Of a stretch of 64,000 nt of DNA, positions 1 to 13,116 are shown piece by piece; the stretch's first letter is position 1; each line of letters starts with the position of its first letter. The DNA lies in NCBI GenBank assembly GCA_052327205.1, contig CM126204.1:34658001-34722000 (forward strand). Reading direction: 5' to 3'. A program made the position numbers and the translations under genes. Below the pieces are notes generated by a model, which did no database searches, was not told the origin of the DNA, and saw nothing but the letters and a program-made list of their open reading frames with translations. This DNA comes from Somniosus microcephalus. Taxonomy: Eukaryota.

Positions 1-984
1 GAATGTTCTGGGATGGAGCCAGCGCTCTGCTATCTATTCTTGTTTCGTGGGGTACCATTAGTGGCAACTTTCACAAGGGTGCAGCCTCAAATTTTGGGCT
101 GGCTCCAAGGATCATATGTTGAAATGCAAGTATGAACATGAGAATTGTGCTGGAAACGTAGCTTTAAGTCTTGCTTATTGAAGGGTTTAGTAAAGCTTTG
201 AAGCGTAACAACACTCCCAGGTACCCAGAACAGGCACTTGTTTTTGGAGGTGGGGGTGGGGGTGGGAGGGGGTCTTTGTTTGACCGCAATTCTGCATGTT
301 GGTATAAACACAGTACAACCGATGATGGCTGTCTTGACAGTACATTGGTAGAGCAGGGACTCCTGACTAGGAAACCCGAGCCTGAACTCTAGTCTCTGTG
401 CACTCTGGGGACTCCTGGAGGATGAACTTCCTCAGTCTTGACCTGGTTGTCTGGGGCAGGAAGGGAAACCAATGCTGTCACACGTCAATCCCCTTGACGG
501 GTCTACTAATGTCATGCTCCAGTACTTCCAACTAGGGAGGTCCTTGGGGAAACAGTGAAGTAACATGGGGGAAGGGGAACAGAAAAGAAGGAAAAAAAGG
601 TAATATTGTGACTTTTCTTTTTAAGAGTATGAAATCCCCTTATTCCTCCACATCTTGCTCATTTCCTATAGGCCTCAAACCTCCTGCAGCGCAGGAGATA
701 ATCAACTTGCACCCCAGCCTCTGCCAGGGCCACTCTTCAAGCAGCTGCTCGGAGACACAGAACAGTGCGATTCCTGCGCTATGGGGAGGCACCTGACTGT
801 GGCTCCCTCAGACAGGTAACACAGCAGAGCGGGAGGGTAGGGTGCGGGATGAGAGAAATCAAACGTGTGTGTCCCATCATTCTGTGGCCCTGCACCACGG
901 TGCTGCACAGAATCCTGGCAGATATTCTGTAACGTGCACATTAGCTGAAGCAAAAAAACACTCTCAATGACTTACACTTAACTC

Positions 985-1545
985 ATAGCATCAGACCATT
1001 CGGCCCATCTTGTCTCTGAAAGAGCTATCCAATTATTCCGACTCCTCTGTTTCTTCCCCATAGCCATGCAATTTTTTTCCTTTTCAGGTATCTATCCAAT
1101 TCCCTTTTGAAAGTTACTATTGAATCTGCTGCCATCACCCTTTCAGGCAGTGCATTCCAGATCATAACTCGCTGCATAAATTTTTTTTCTCCACATCTCC
1201 TCATAGGAGTTGGATATATTTCTTAAGGCTAAAGGGATCAAGGGATATGGGGAGAAGGCAGGAACAGGGTAGTGAATTTGGATGATCAGCCATGATCTCA
1301 TTGAATGGCGGAGCAGGCTCGAGGGGCCGAATGGCCTACTCCTGCTCCTATCTTCTATGTTTCTATGTATCTCCCCTCTGGTTCTTTTGCCAATTATTTT
1401 AAACCTGTGTCCTCTGGTTACTGACCCTCCTGCCAGTGGAAACATTTTCTCCCTATCTACTCTAACAAAACCCGTCATAATTTTGAACACCTCTATTAAA
1501 TCTCCCCTTAACCTTCTCTGCTCTAAGGACAACAATCCCAGCGTC
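985..1545 (-). mobile_element. CR1 LINE 3' fragment with a second CR1 3' end (1203-1367, + strand) nested inside
   Basis: Minus frame gives LGLLSLEQRRLRGDLIEVFKIM..VDREKMFPLAGGSVTRGHRFKI (CR1 ORF2 C-terminus). The inner copy ends GGGCCGAATGGCCTACTCCTGCTCCTAT-(TTCTATGT)n, and ATCTCC is repeated at both junctions. Confidence 0.85.
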
Positions 1546-1929
1546 TTTAATGTACAGCAAAGTCCTAAAGTGCTTTGCAAGATGGGGTGGGGTAATTGGA
1601 GTAAGAATTTGGAAGCAGTGCTAGAGGAGGTGGTAAAATGTGAGCTTTGAACAGGTGAACAGGTCATTAGGGTGGTTCTTGAAGATGGGGAGAGATGAAG
1701 CAAGATGGAAAGACTTGGGAAGAGTCAAAAAAGCAGTAACGTGTTGGCTGAAGGCTCTGGCACTGATGGTAGAGCGGAGTAGTGTCGGGGGCCGGGGGTG
1801 GAGAGGCGCGCAGTTGATCTCAGAAGAGCGGAGAATGAATGCTAGGATGCAGAGCTGGAAGCGGTTTCAGAGGTAGGGTGGACTTGTCAAAGGAACACCT
1901 CAAGCAAACTTTACGGAAACCACGTTGAG

Positions 1930-2912
1930 TATAGGAACAGGAGAAGTCCATTCAGCCCCTCGAGCCTGTTCTGTCATTCGATGAGATCATGGCTGATCTG
2001 TATCTTAAACTCCATCCACCTGCCTTGGCTCCATATCCTGTTATACACTTGTTTAGCAAAAATCTATCCCTCTCAGATTTAAAATTATTAATTGAGCTAG
2101 CATCTACTGTTTTTTGTGTGAGAGAGTTCCACACTTCTACCACCCTTTGTGTGAAAGAGTGTTTCCTAACATCTCTCCTGAATGGACTGGCTCTGATTTT
2201 AAGGTTATGTCCTAGACTCTCCCACCAGTGGAAGAGGTTTCTATCTATCCTATCAATTCATTTCAAAATCCTAAAAACCTCAATCAAATCATCCCTTAAC
2301 CTTTCATATTCCAGGGAATACAAGCCTAATTTCTGGTGAATCTGCGCTGCACTCAATTCAATTCAATTCAATTCAATTCAATACAAATCGCTTTATTGGC
2401 ATGACAAGTTACATCTTATGTTGCCAAAGCATCGGAAAACATTCATGTTTGTTCACAAAAATACAGATCTATCCATACAGTGTATACACAGATATATCCC
2501 TGAGTGTATAAATATACTTTCATATAATTTATATATACTCTTTTCTTATATTTAGTGGTTGTCCCTCTGTTTATGGCAAGCTGTAACATAGTGTGCCGCT
2601 AGTGTTACGCAATTTCTCTCTTCCCCTAGTAGGTATGGGAGTTTTTGGTCGTCATTCAAATTTCTGAATTCCGGGCATATTTTTGTGAATTTTGGGTAGA
2701 AATTCTCCCTTATGCCCTGATATTTTCTACAAGCTGTGAGGAAGTACATCTCTGTCTCCACCACTCCCTGACTGCAGTGAGAGCATATCCTGTCCTCTCT
2801 TGGTAGCCAGGTCTGCCTGTGTCTACCTTTTTCGATCGCCAGGTTATGTTCACTAACTCCTTCCAAGGCCATTATATCCTCTCTAAGGTGCGATGTCCAG
2901 AACTGTACACAT
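1930..2912 (-). mobile_element. CR1 LINE fragment (1930-2352 and 2857-2912) split by a younger non-LTR insertion
   Basis: VVEVWNSL..KTVDASSINNFKSERDRFL motif and CR1 3' tail. The sequence TCTGCGCTGCACTC/CTTCCAAGGCC is continuous across the insertion. Confidence 0.8.
2353..2856 (-). mobile_element. 5'-truncated non-LTR retrotransposon 3' end (RTE-X-like, clade tentative) with (TTGAA)n tail
   Basis: ORF SEHNLAIEKGRHRQTWLPREDRICSHCSQGVVETEMYFLTAC is a CxxC zinc-knuckle-type LINE C-terminus. It is followed by a stop, a 3' UTR, AATAAA and (TTGAA)5. Confidence 0.75.
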
Positions 2913-4066
2913 TTTACTCATTTGTGCTCATCTTCAAACAATTCCCATTATTACTTCTAATTTGTGCTCAGAACAATGCTCCAGAGATCAAGCTTCCTGA
3001 CACTGCCATCGATCCTGAACCTTTATGAAGGAAGTATCCCTTTATCTTAACATTATATCATCACCACTAATCATTGCTGTGTGTCACGATAATGTCAGAC
3101 ACTTTTTACCCTTTAAGATTCAATTACCGTGGTGTGTATGTGTTTGCGCACAGAGGGTTATTAATCACCCTCCCCTTTTTGCCTCATAATATTCCGGTTA
3201 CGTGGAAACGTTCTTTGGTTTCATGAATTATAGCCATTCTTTGACTATTGATCACCCCATTAAATTAGCCTTTGTACTGCTGCATATTTTATTAAGTGTT
3301 TTCCCCACGGTAGATTTATCAATTCTCACTTTGTGTTTCACTACTACTGCCTGCACTCTCAATACTATTTGATAATTTTATGCATTCCGGTTTTTGGGTC
3401 ATCTATCCATTTATTTTCCATTTGTTAATCTGCAACATGGTTACTTATACTCCTGTTATTGTTTAGCCAGCCTTCACTGTAAGGTTCTGCATCCCTCCTG
3501 GGTAAAGGAGCTCGGTGTAGGAGTGCTCGATGGAAGCTCTGGTTTTGTTTTGTGTGCTATTTCCTGAAAATTCCAGACTCGTGAGTATTTCTTCCTGACT
3601 GTTGACACCAGGAGCTCGGAAAGCCTGCGCGCTGCTCGAAAACAGAATGCTAACCCCCCGTGACCCCCTGAGTAGTGCACTGTTGGGTTAGGAATGCGTT
3701 GCCTTCTAGAGTAAACACACTATTCCCCCACCCCGCCCACTTTTGATGGCCATTTGTACAGAATTTATACCTCGACTTCCTTTGAGAATTGAACTGGAAG
3801 CCACTGTATCAATAACGTGGAAGCATTTGTGTTCTTTTACAGTCAACAATAGGTCACTGAAACAATTCTCAGTGTAAATCATTACATGTTTCACATGGGG
3901 TGGAGAGGGAAATGTCACCAGCCAGGATCTTGTCTCTTGTTGCCGCCATGTAATAAATTATTTTCTCCTTTTACATGAAAAAAAAGTTTTGCATAAGATG
4001 AACAGCACAATTATCAATGCATGTCCTTCTTCAGCTAGATTCTGGGAACAAAACATTAAATATAAT

Positions 4067-4154
4067 GGGGGTGAGTTTCTGAGGCGGGTTTCCCACTTGC
4101 CTGCTGTAACTCCGACAGAGGACCCCCTGAAAACACGGCGGAAATTCAACCCCC
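4067..4154. mobile_element. Small MITE (GGG-terminal TIRs, Harbinger-like)
   Basis: GGGGGTGAGTTTC ... GAAATTCAACCCCC imperfect inverted ends, with AAT on both flanks. Confidence 0.5.
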
Positions 4155-4289
4155 AATAATTTTATTAAAAATTAGCGGCACAACACTGCATCTTCCTGAG
4201 GGACATGGAAGGATAGGGAAAGGGGAAATTAGAAAAGTTAATTCATGCTGTGTGAAGTGCAAGTCCCATCACAGACGGTGACGGAAGGG

Positions 4290-4925
4290 CACCAACGCAG
4301 ATTGCGGAACACCTCCGTTCAGTCCGTAAGGGGGACCCCGAGCTTCGGGTCGCCTGTCACTTTAATTCAGCGCCCCATTCCCACTCAGGCCTCACTGTAC
4401 TCGGGCTCTTGCATTGTTCCACAGAGGCTCAACGTAAACTCGAGGAACAGCACCTCATCTTCCGATTAGGCACTTTACAGCCTTCCGGACTCAACATCGA
4501 GTTCAACAATTTCAGATCATAACCTCGGTCCCCATTACATTTTTGCTTATATTTTATCCACATCTTTGTTTTGGCCCTTTCCCCCCCCCCCCCCCCGCCA
4601 CCACTCTTTTTTTTTCTCTCCCACATGGCAGCTGTCTCTCATTCTGCCAGTGCATTTCACACCTAATCTAGAGCCGTCTTTTGTCTCCACTAGTCCTATC
4701 CCCATCTCGTCTGGTTTTGAATACCTCTTAATGTCTCTTCACTTCTTTTGTTCTCTCCCAGCCCTGCTTTTCGATCTATTTCATTTCCTTTCCAGTTTTG
4801 AAAAAGGGTTGGACCCGAAACGTCGACTCTATTTTCTCTCCACGGATGTTGCCTGGCCTGCTGAGTTTTTCCAGCATTTTCTGTTGTTATTTCGGATTTC
4901 CAGCATTTGCAGTATTTTGCTATCG
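4290..4925 (+). mobile_element. Penelope-like element 3' fragment (GIY-YIG endonuclease C-terminus plus 3' region)
   Basis: EHLRSVR...VACHFNS..HSHS..TVLGLLHC...RKLEEQHLIFRLGTLQPSGLNIEFNNFRS* is typical of the Penelope EN end. Homologous to the copy at 57064-57658. Confidence 0.85.
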
Positions 4926-6721
4926 GACCCAGACCTCTCTGTCCTGGACGAATGAGCAGGGGGGAAAGGGAAACCCCACTGCAGATGAACAAAAAATAAG
5001 AAAGCCTGACTAAAATAAAAGCCTGCCCCACACTCAATGATGGCTAGAGCATCATGACTAGACACTTCCCAACCCTGCAGGCATGTCATCTCCTGGGAGA
5101 TCTTAGTGCGTGTGAGGACGGATTGTGGGGACAGCTTAATATGGGAGAGGGAAGAGGAAAAAATAATGATATAATATAAAGTCTACAATAAAATGCAGTG
5201 CTGAATATGGTGTTACACACTGTAGTAAGCATGCAGCACAACCACTTCTAAATAATGGAAATGAAACTGCAAATCTACAAGATCCTGTCTGGTTCAAGAT
5301 CACTGCAGTCTGGGACAAAGAGTTAAATCTGTACAGAAGCATGAGTACGTTTTTAATAATGAAAAAGAGTCCTTGAGACTGAGGTAAGATATCTTGACAC
5401 GCAAGAACATTACAAACTCACTTCCCTTTTCTAGGGACAATCATGTAGCCAGTTCAAAGTAGTCATCCCGCAAACATTTGTGAAGCATTACAAATACATG
5501 CAAACTTTACGCCAATTTTTTTTGTTTTTAAAAAGCAAAGTTCTACAAAAAAAAGCTTAATTTATTGGCACAGAGTCACATTGTTTCAATGTGTGGCCTC
5601 CAGATGTCTGCGAGTACTTCCTAACAGAAGCTAGGACTATGATGTTGACTAGAAGAGCAATACAGGCCCTGCCAACAACACTCGCACTCTTTCGAATGTG
5701 GAGCCCAGCCCTGATATGGAAATGAGTTCAGGTTGGTAAACCACAAGAATCTGAGAATGTCTGTCATCTCAAGGTTTGTCTGTCTACTCCTGCATGCTGC
5801 AGCCCTGTTTGTCTGTGTTGTGAATTCCTGAGCAGTGACAAAAGAAGCCGGGAGCATATATAAATTTACAACCTCCCCACCTTCTCCCTCCACCGCTGGG
5901 AATTGCCTCGCCCCCGGAATGATTCTCCTCTCTCTCTCTCTCCGACCCCCTCCAATAAACCACATGCGCGCACTGGAAAATGAATGGCGTGCAAAGTGCT
6001 CTGAGGCATTTCTGAAAGATGCGATCGGATGCTATATGAAGACAAATCTTTAAAAAAAAATTCACCATTTTAATTGCTGACATGAAAGATATAATTTTCC
6101 TGTTTTGTGTTTCCAGCAGGGAGCCTTGTCCACCGGGAGCACGCATTAGAAATTTAGGTGCCCAGTCCCTTGATGATTAGTGTGCTTGCAACACGCACTC
6201 CCGGTGGGTAAGAATGCCGAGTTGGGAAATTACCCTCCGAGATGTCAGCGCATCTCCAATTCTGGCCTGTGCGACTGTGTACAGCATGTGTGCCGAGACT
6301 GCGTTGATGAGTGTAGATGGGTTAAGTGTATGCGTGTGTGTACGTACGTCAGTATGCATGTACGTGTCAGTGTACACCTGTGTCAGTACGTGTGCGTGAC
6401 CGCGAGTGTGTGTTTATTGGAGTTTAAGCAACAGTATGTACACCTGTTCAAAACCAAACTGATAAAAAAAAGTCTTGTGGGTAGAATGTATTCCATTACG
6501 GACAGTAGACAAATATAGATACAACTTATACTTGGGCTGGCTACAAACCAAAATATAAACTGATGGTTGTTAATGGTCACAGCTCACACCAGCTTTCTTC
6601 ATCCAGCTTTTACTTATTTTAAGACAGCTTACTTTCCCTTTGAGTCGTATATTAAGATGACCAGATATGTTTGCTTGGTACAAAATGCAAACAGGTACTT
6701 CTTTTCCTTTTCTGCCTGCTC

Positions 6722-7112
6722 TTTTTAAAAAATTTGTTCACGAGATGTGGCCAGCATTTATTGCCCGTCCCCGATTGCCCTCGAGAATGTGGTGGTGAGC
6801 CACCTTCTTGAATACAACTGAGATAACTTGCAAGGCCATTTCAGAGGGCAGTTAAGAGACAACCACATTGCTGTGGGTCTGGAGTCACATATAGACCAGA
6901 CCGGGTAAGGTCAGCAGATTTCCTTCCCTAAAGGACATTAGTGAACCAGATGGCTTGTTCCGACAATCTGATAGTTTCATGGTCACCATTATCTGACATG
7001 AGCTTTTTATTCCAGATTTATTTAATTAAATTCTAAATTCCCCAGCTACTGTGGTGGGATTTGAACTCTCTTCTCCAGATCATTAGTCCAGTGACATAAC
7101 CACTATGCTACC
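6722..7112 (-). mobile_element. tRNA-derived SINE with LINE-derived tail (SlmI/MetaSINE-like, name tentative)
   Basis: A box GGTAGCATAGTGG and B box GAGTTCAAATCCC; core CCATCTGGTTCACTAATGTCCTTTAGGGAAGGAAATCTGC; tail GGGCAATAAATGCTGGCC. Similar tails occur at about 11990-12130 and 40160-40220. Confidence 0.75.
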
Positions 7113-8139
7113 ATTCCCCATAAGTTGCTTCTGCAGCACACGAGCATGCAGGAGACTGTGATCAGAGCTGCTACCATCAACAGGCAGGTGTTTTTTTCCC
7201 CTCTCTTAAGACAAGCCCCAACCATGAAAAGACCTATGGCGGCAAATACTTTGAGTTGAGATAATCTCTCATAATGGGCTGTGAAGACAGGATCCCTTCC
7301 CCACCCCCACACCTGCCTAGAATAACACAGACCGAGCATTAACCCTAGAACGACTAGGCTACTCCAGCAATATTGGATTTCAATGGTTTGTTCAGATAAT
7401 ACAAGCCTAGAGATTACTGCTGACAATATCAGCTGAGGAATGCTTAACAAGCTCGCACAACATTCCTCTGTCTGATATTTTAGCAGAGGTGTTAACCTAC
7501 TAAAGATAAATGAAGCATGTCATATGAGTCCGCTAGACATTGGTCTGCTAATATCAACTACAGTCATTTCTAAGCTATACTACTGCAACGGCTTTCTCTT
7601 TCATCTCCCCTTACTTGTGTATCCCTGACCTCCCAGGCCGTGCCCTATCCCTAGCCAAGAGAGCGGGTGGCTATCTTGGCCCAGGTTTTATGTCTATGTT
7701 GCCCTTTGAATAGACAAAAGGTGGTATTGTCCGAGGAGTCCAGGGTGACTCCCCCCTTTCAATGTTCCTTTGCTCTGTGTGCAGAAGTGTTTGCCTCAAC
7801 TGGGCACAATTCCGCAATGGTCTGGGCAGGACTGTTAACTCTCTGTGTGAGCATGAATCCTATTCACAAGAGCGATGTGGATGAGGAAAGCTCCTCAGAT
7901 CAGATCTTAGTTATTTCTGTAGAGAAATCTACTGTTTTCCCATCAAAGCATCCAGCTATTTCTCAAATGATTCAGGGATTTTTTTTTGCCTCATGGAATT
8001 TCCTTCCATGTGTCGATCACTCTTTGTGTGATTGGGAACCTCCTGACATCAATTGGCGCCCTCCGGTCCTACTGCCATGGTATGAAGTACAGTTCTTGAT
8101 GTATCTTCCTGATACTGGTTAATATTTTATATACCGCTA

Positions 8140-8335
8140 TATAAATATTTGGAATGCACTGTCTGATAGGCTGGTGGATACAGATTCAATAATAGCCTTC
8201 AAAAGGGAATGGGATAAATACTTGAAGGAGAAAAAAATTACAGGGATATGGGGGCAGAGTGGGACTAACTTGATAGCTCTTCGAAAGACTTGATGGACCG
8301 AATGGCCTCCTTCTGTGCTGTACCAGTCTATGATC
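8140..8335 (+). mobile_element. CR1 LINE 3' end
   Basis: IWNAL..RLVDTDSIIAFKREWDKYLK-like frame and GGACCGAATGGCCTCCTTCTGTGCTGT terminus. Confidence 0.8.
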
Positions 8336-8385
8336 CTGTACCGGGTATGATTCACCTCCTTTCAAGTCTGAAGAACCCAAGTTTC

Positions 8386-8706
8386 ACAGAATCACAGAAT
8401 CCCCACAGTGCAGATAGAGGCCATTTCGGCCCATCGAGCCTGCACCGACACATATCCCACCCTATCCCCGTAACCCCACATATTTAATCCCCTAACACTA
8501 AGGGTCAATTAATCATAGCCAAATCAACCTAACCTGCACATCTTTGGACTGTGGGAGGAAACCGGAGCACCCGGAGGAAACCCACGCAGACACAGGGAGA
8601 ATGTGCAAACTCCACACAGACAGTCACCCGAGGCCAGATTTGAACCCGGGTCCCTGGCGCTGTGAGGCAACAGTGCTAACCACTATGCCACCATGCCCCC
8701 CTACAT
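8386..8706 (-). mobile_element. HE1-type V-SINE, full length
   Basis: tRNA head GGTGGCATAGTGGTTAGCACTG/GGGTTCAAATC; V-domain GTGGAGTTTGCACATTCTCCC..GGGTTTCCTCCGGGTGCTCCGGTTTCCTCCCACAGTCCAAAGA; CR1-derived (GATTCTGT)n tail; TSD AAGTTTC. Confidence 0.9.
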
Positions 8707-9188
8707 AAGTTTCTTCAGCCCTTCCTCATAACTCAGTCCTTGTTGCTGCATTAATAAATTATACAACTACTAGCTGGCAAAAAGTACTGTAAATTCTAAT
8801 ATCTGGTGTGGAAATATCGCTGCTCACAACTAACCCTCAACAGACCGAGGTTTGAAGAAGTTGCACTGTAACTGTCATTAACCTAGATTCCTCTTCGCCT
8901 GAATAACGTTGCGATCTTCAGCGGATGGAGTTCAAATAGAATGTTTGGAGAAAATTATTCGCCCCAAGTGTCAAACTAGCCAAGCGCATTGGATGCCACT
9001 GCACGGTAAGCAGCAGCCTGCCTTGCTGCTGGGCCCGTCTTTATAGCAAACCACACCTGCTAGGAAACAAGTGGTCAAGTGGGTAAAAGCACCACCTTAC
9101 AGATCAGAATGGCCCAGGATCGATTCTCAGCCTGAGCTGTGTGATCTCAGCTGTGGCAGCATTTGGGACAATGCAACTGGTCTTAGCA

Positions 9189-9490
9189 AAGAAAGAAAAA
9201 GACTTGCATTTATATAGTGTAGTGACTGTTGGCCAGGACACCAGGGATAACTCCCCTGCTCTTCTATTGAAATAGTGGCATGGGATCTTTTACATACACC
9301 TGAGAGGGTACATGGGGCCTCAGTTTAACATCGCATCTGAAAGCCGGCACCTCCGACAGTGCAGCACTCCCTCAGTACTACACTGATGTGTCAGCCTAGA
9401 TTTTATGCTCAAGCTTCTGGAGTGGGGCTTAGAACCCACAACCTTCTGACTGAGAGGTAAGAAGTGCTACCCACTGAGCCACAGCTGACA
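9189..9490 (-). mobile_element. SacSINE1-type Deu-SINE, internally deleted
   Basis: Matches the copies at 14922 and 27303 (GTGGCTCAGTGGGTAGCAC head, AAAAGATCCCATGCCACTATTTC core, AAATGCAAGTCTTT tail). Confidence 0.8.
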
Positions 9491-12400
9491 AGGCCGGGAA
9501 GGAAAGCAGAAGCAGCCTCTTGACCACTGTCCAGTGACTCCTGCTGGGAAGTGCTCGTACGTGTTGTGCCAGGTGAGGACAGTGCAGGGCTTGACGGTGA
9601 GGCTCACATTCACTGTGTGGGCTCACGCATTCGGATTAGGTTCCCGAGGGCTGCCGATGACTGTGGAACCGCACGTCAGCAAGAGTCCACAGAGGGGAAA
9701 GAATTGGAGAAACTAAATAAAACACGAACAGCAAATAAACCGATACTTTTGTGTGTAACAGATACTGACAGAGAGCCAGTGGGAAATTTCTTGAGACAAG
9801 CAATGGATGGAATATCGAGGGCAATGTGTGCGCATATTCCCAATAAGCCACCTGTTGCATGAGAGGCCCTGTCGGTGGCCTGGGGTCTTGAAAAATGTAC
9901 CCCTAAAGCTGCTGAGAATTGAGAGTGGAAACCGCTGATTAGCTCATTCATGCGCCAGTGAAGATGACCTCACACACCTGTCTGTACCTCCCCAACACAT
10001 CAAAGTGAATCTCCTTCCGCATCGCATCAATCAAGGCGATTTGACACTTGAAGTATTGGGATGGAACGCAACTGAAGAGCTTCTAATAACCGTCCACCGT
10101 TTGCTTTTGGAGCAAATTAACAACTTTCCAGCTTTGATATAAACATAGCTTCCAGGTGGGGTGAACTGGGGAGTGTTTGTGCTGTGATGCACAAGACATC
10201 ACGATTGTGTGGGACAGGCCCGGTAGGTCATTTCCTGTCTGTCATTTTTCACTTGTAACTCTCTTCCAGCAATTAAAAATGTATCGCCATGGGGATTCGA
10301 CGGCACAGTGTGTTACGATTGGGTTGAAGCTGCTCTCAACTCATTTCATAGAGGATCCTTACAGCCAGCAGAGAGAGATAGAGAGTGTGAGAGAGAAAGA
10401 GCGAGAGAAAAAGTGGAAGAAAAATAAAACAGGAGGCTTTTCTCATCCCATCTTTCTGGTTTGGATTCAAACCCAGAACCCAAAGGTGAAAGGACAGCAT
10501 TGTAACCTACTGCAACATATAGTCCCTCAGCACATGAATGAACCGCCCTGATGCACAACCTCCTGTACCACCCTCAGCCTTCCGTTCAAATTGCTTTGGA
10601 TGAAACAATTCGATTAGCAGAATGAAAACAAACTTGTTGGCGTTAAAAGTCCGAGTTTACAAAGTTCTTCGTGACGACTTCCTGAAAATGGGGAATGACT
10701 CAAAGTGTGTGGGAGGGAAGGAAGGAAGGGCATGAAATGGAAGTTAAAGAGTGCAGGCAGCTAGTAGGCTGCAATCTGAATAAAAAGCATGATGGGCGGG
10801 GGAGGGAAGGCAGGGCAGAGAGGCTTCAAATGCTGACATATATCAGTCTTCCAATGTTGACTAAGTATCAGTGCATAAAGTGTAATTTAATTGTGTTGTT
10901 GTCAAGTGGACTGGTTTATCCATTGAGGCATTATTGTCACAGTGCCAAGTATTTCAGTGAGACGGAGCATAGCATTCTCTATATTTAGTTTCAATCAAGG
11001 TCTAAACATTGTGCTATATTTAAATAGTCAGGTCCTGCTGATGCACGGTGTTGCTATGTTGACTGTTTATGAATACCACAGCAGTAATAAATGTTATGGT
11101 TGCAGGCATCGTTCATACTTTGCAAACAACATTCTTTCCGTTCGGATTAGTATTTTCCTACCCCCTCCACAAATAACTCAATATCAAACCTATCGCTCAG
11201 CAACAACAGCCTCTGGAGTTGGGATGCTCTTTGAGATACACAATGCACTGGTTCGACAAGTGGTGAAGAATTCAAATGGAAGGCATGGGCCTGCTTGGGT
11301 GCACACAGAGGGTGTGGGTGCTGCCAAGGTGCTGGGTGACAGAGTGGCAAGTTGAGTATTCTCACACTGGGCCCCTCAGCAGGGCGATCAATAGCGTCGC
11401 ACGGAGCCAAAGCACAGGGAAACTGAAAAGCGAATGAACCGACCCAACATAACATTGGCAGAGGCCTGGGTGAAGACGGCCATCCCGCCATCCCACAAGG
11501 GAGACTGGTTTATGGGACACGGGAGTTCCAACAGCAACAACAAAACGGACATGACGACAGCAATGGTTTTAAATTCTTCAAACTTTCACAAGGCCCGTTG
11601 CAGTGCAGTAACTTGGCACGTTGGTGCCACAAGCTGTGATGCCTCAAGCTGGACCCAACACGCCATTCTGCCGAATTCTTGACACCAGCTGCATCACTTG
11701 TGGACGGGAGGTACCCCTAAGCAGAGGGGTGGAAGCCTCCCGCACAAACCGGAGGGAAAAGTGGCAGGAAAGTCTACCTTGACCACCTCCTAGTTGGAGT
11801 GGTAGAGGCTCGTGGTGAGCTTACTTTGACTGCGCCTCCCAGCAACCGCCCCCCGCCCTCTACCACCGGGAAGGATGAGAGCAGCAGTAATGTTGCACCA
11901 CCCCGCACCCCCTCCCCCCCAAATCACACATCATCCTGACTTCCTCATTTTATTGCTGTTCCGCCATCGTCGCTGGGTCAATATCCTGGAATTCCCTATT
12001 GTGGGAAAATCACAAGGACTGCAGCAGCTCAAGGAGAAGACCCACTACCACCTTCTCAGGGGCAACTAGAGATGGACAAAAGCTGCGGCCTTGACAGTGT
12101 CGCCCGCATCCCGAGAGCAAATAAAAAAGAAAAGGGCACTAACTACCCTGCCTTCTTGGCTGCAGATAGTGCACGACCTGAGGAAACCCGGAGGAAGAGG
12201 GGAGAAAAGCAAGATTCACAACCTCAGAGAATATACACTATATATACATCCCCATACAACTGGCTTTTTTATATCGCTGTGCTTTTCAAATGTTCATAAA
12301 ACTGTAATCAAGTTCGCAAAAGAGCGCGAAAGAAGTAATAAAATATAGTTTTAAAGCTGGGCTGCGGGCTTTTAACCAAAGGTCGTAAAAAGCATTGAAG

Positions 12401-12688
12401 ACATTTTCAAACGTTTAAATGTGAACATTGTTTAGACTTCTTTTTTAATTAGTCTAAAGTACTATCAATACAGGCTGACAACAGCCCATCTCTGAAACCT
12501 CCTCCACAGCCCTGTGCAGGACAAGTTTCTGACTCTGCTTTTATTTACCCCGCCTCTCACCCCCTCCCCCCCCCACCCCAACCACCCACCCGGCCCCCTC
12601 CACCCCCCCACAGTCTTCAAAGGACTCATTTTCTGTAAAACTTTTCCACAGCAGCTTTAGAATATATTTTTGCTAAATCTGCACGTAC

Positions 12689-12810
12689 CATTGATGCACT
12701 CGAACAGATCGCAGCATTTGCCAGGCGTGCCATCTCCAGGAGAGATAATTCGGGGCACGGTGCCAGCCTCGCACTTTGGGACGCGGCAGATTCCCAGCAA
12801 ACACTCGCAC
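12689..12810 (-). CDS. CRIM1: CRIM1 internal coding exon (human exon 5 equivalent), 122 nt
   Basis: Translates (R)CECLLGICRVPKCEAGTVPRIISPGDGTPGKCCDLFECIN. Acceptor TTCCAG|G, donor AATG|GTACGT. In frame with the upstream exon (CG+G=Arg). Confidence 0.96.
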
Positions 12811-13116
12811 CTGGAACCCAAACAAGACACAACAAATGAGCGTTTTGGACGGCTGGAATGCAGCGAGAACATGCGGTTGCCCGAGAGGAGGGTCAAAGTC
12901 ACAAGTGCTGCGCCTGTTCAGAGTACTCAAGATTACATTGAATCTGAGCAGGCATTTCAAGCCTGAATCTGCGCTATCATCCAACGCGCCTGACTTTTCC
13001 GTGTGTGGTGTGTGTGTGTTTTTTCTTAATAGCTTGGAGGGTAGAATTCAGTTTAAAAGCTCACTTGGCACCTTCTCTATTGTTTACATGCCACAATCTA
13101 AACTGGGAGAAGGAGC

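Noticed and set aside
8620-8700. tRNA gene
   Set aside because: The A and B boxes belong to a SINE head that continues into the V-domain. The same applies to the other SINE heads.
1-12688. Next CRIM1 exon (first VWC domain)
   Set aside because: No C..NNVEYYDGD..CRFCRC-like frame was found by eye; it is probably outside the window. A tBLASTn would settle this.
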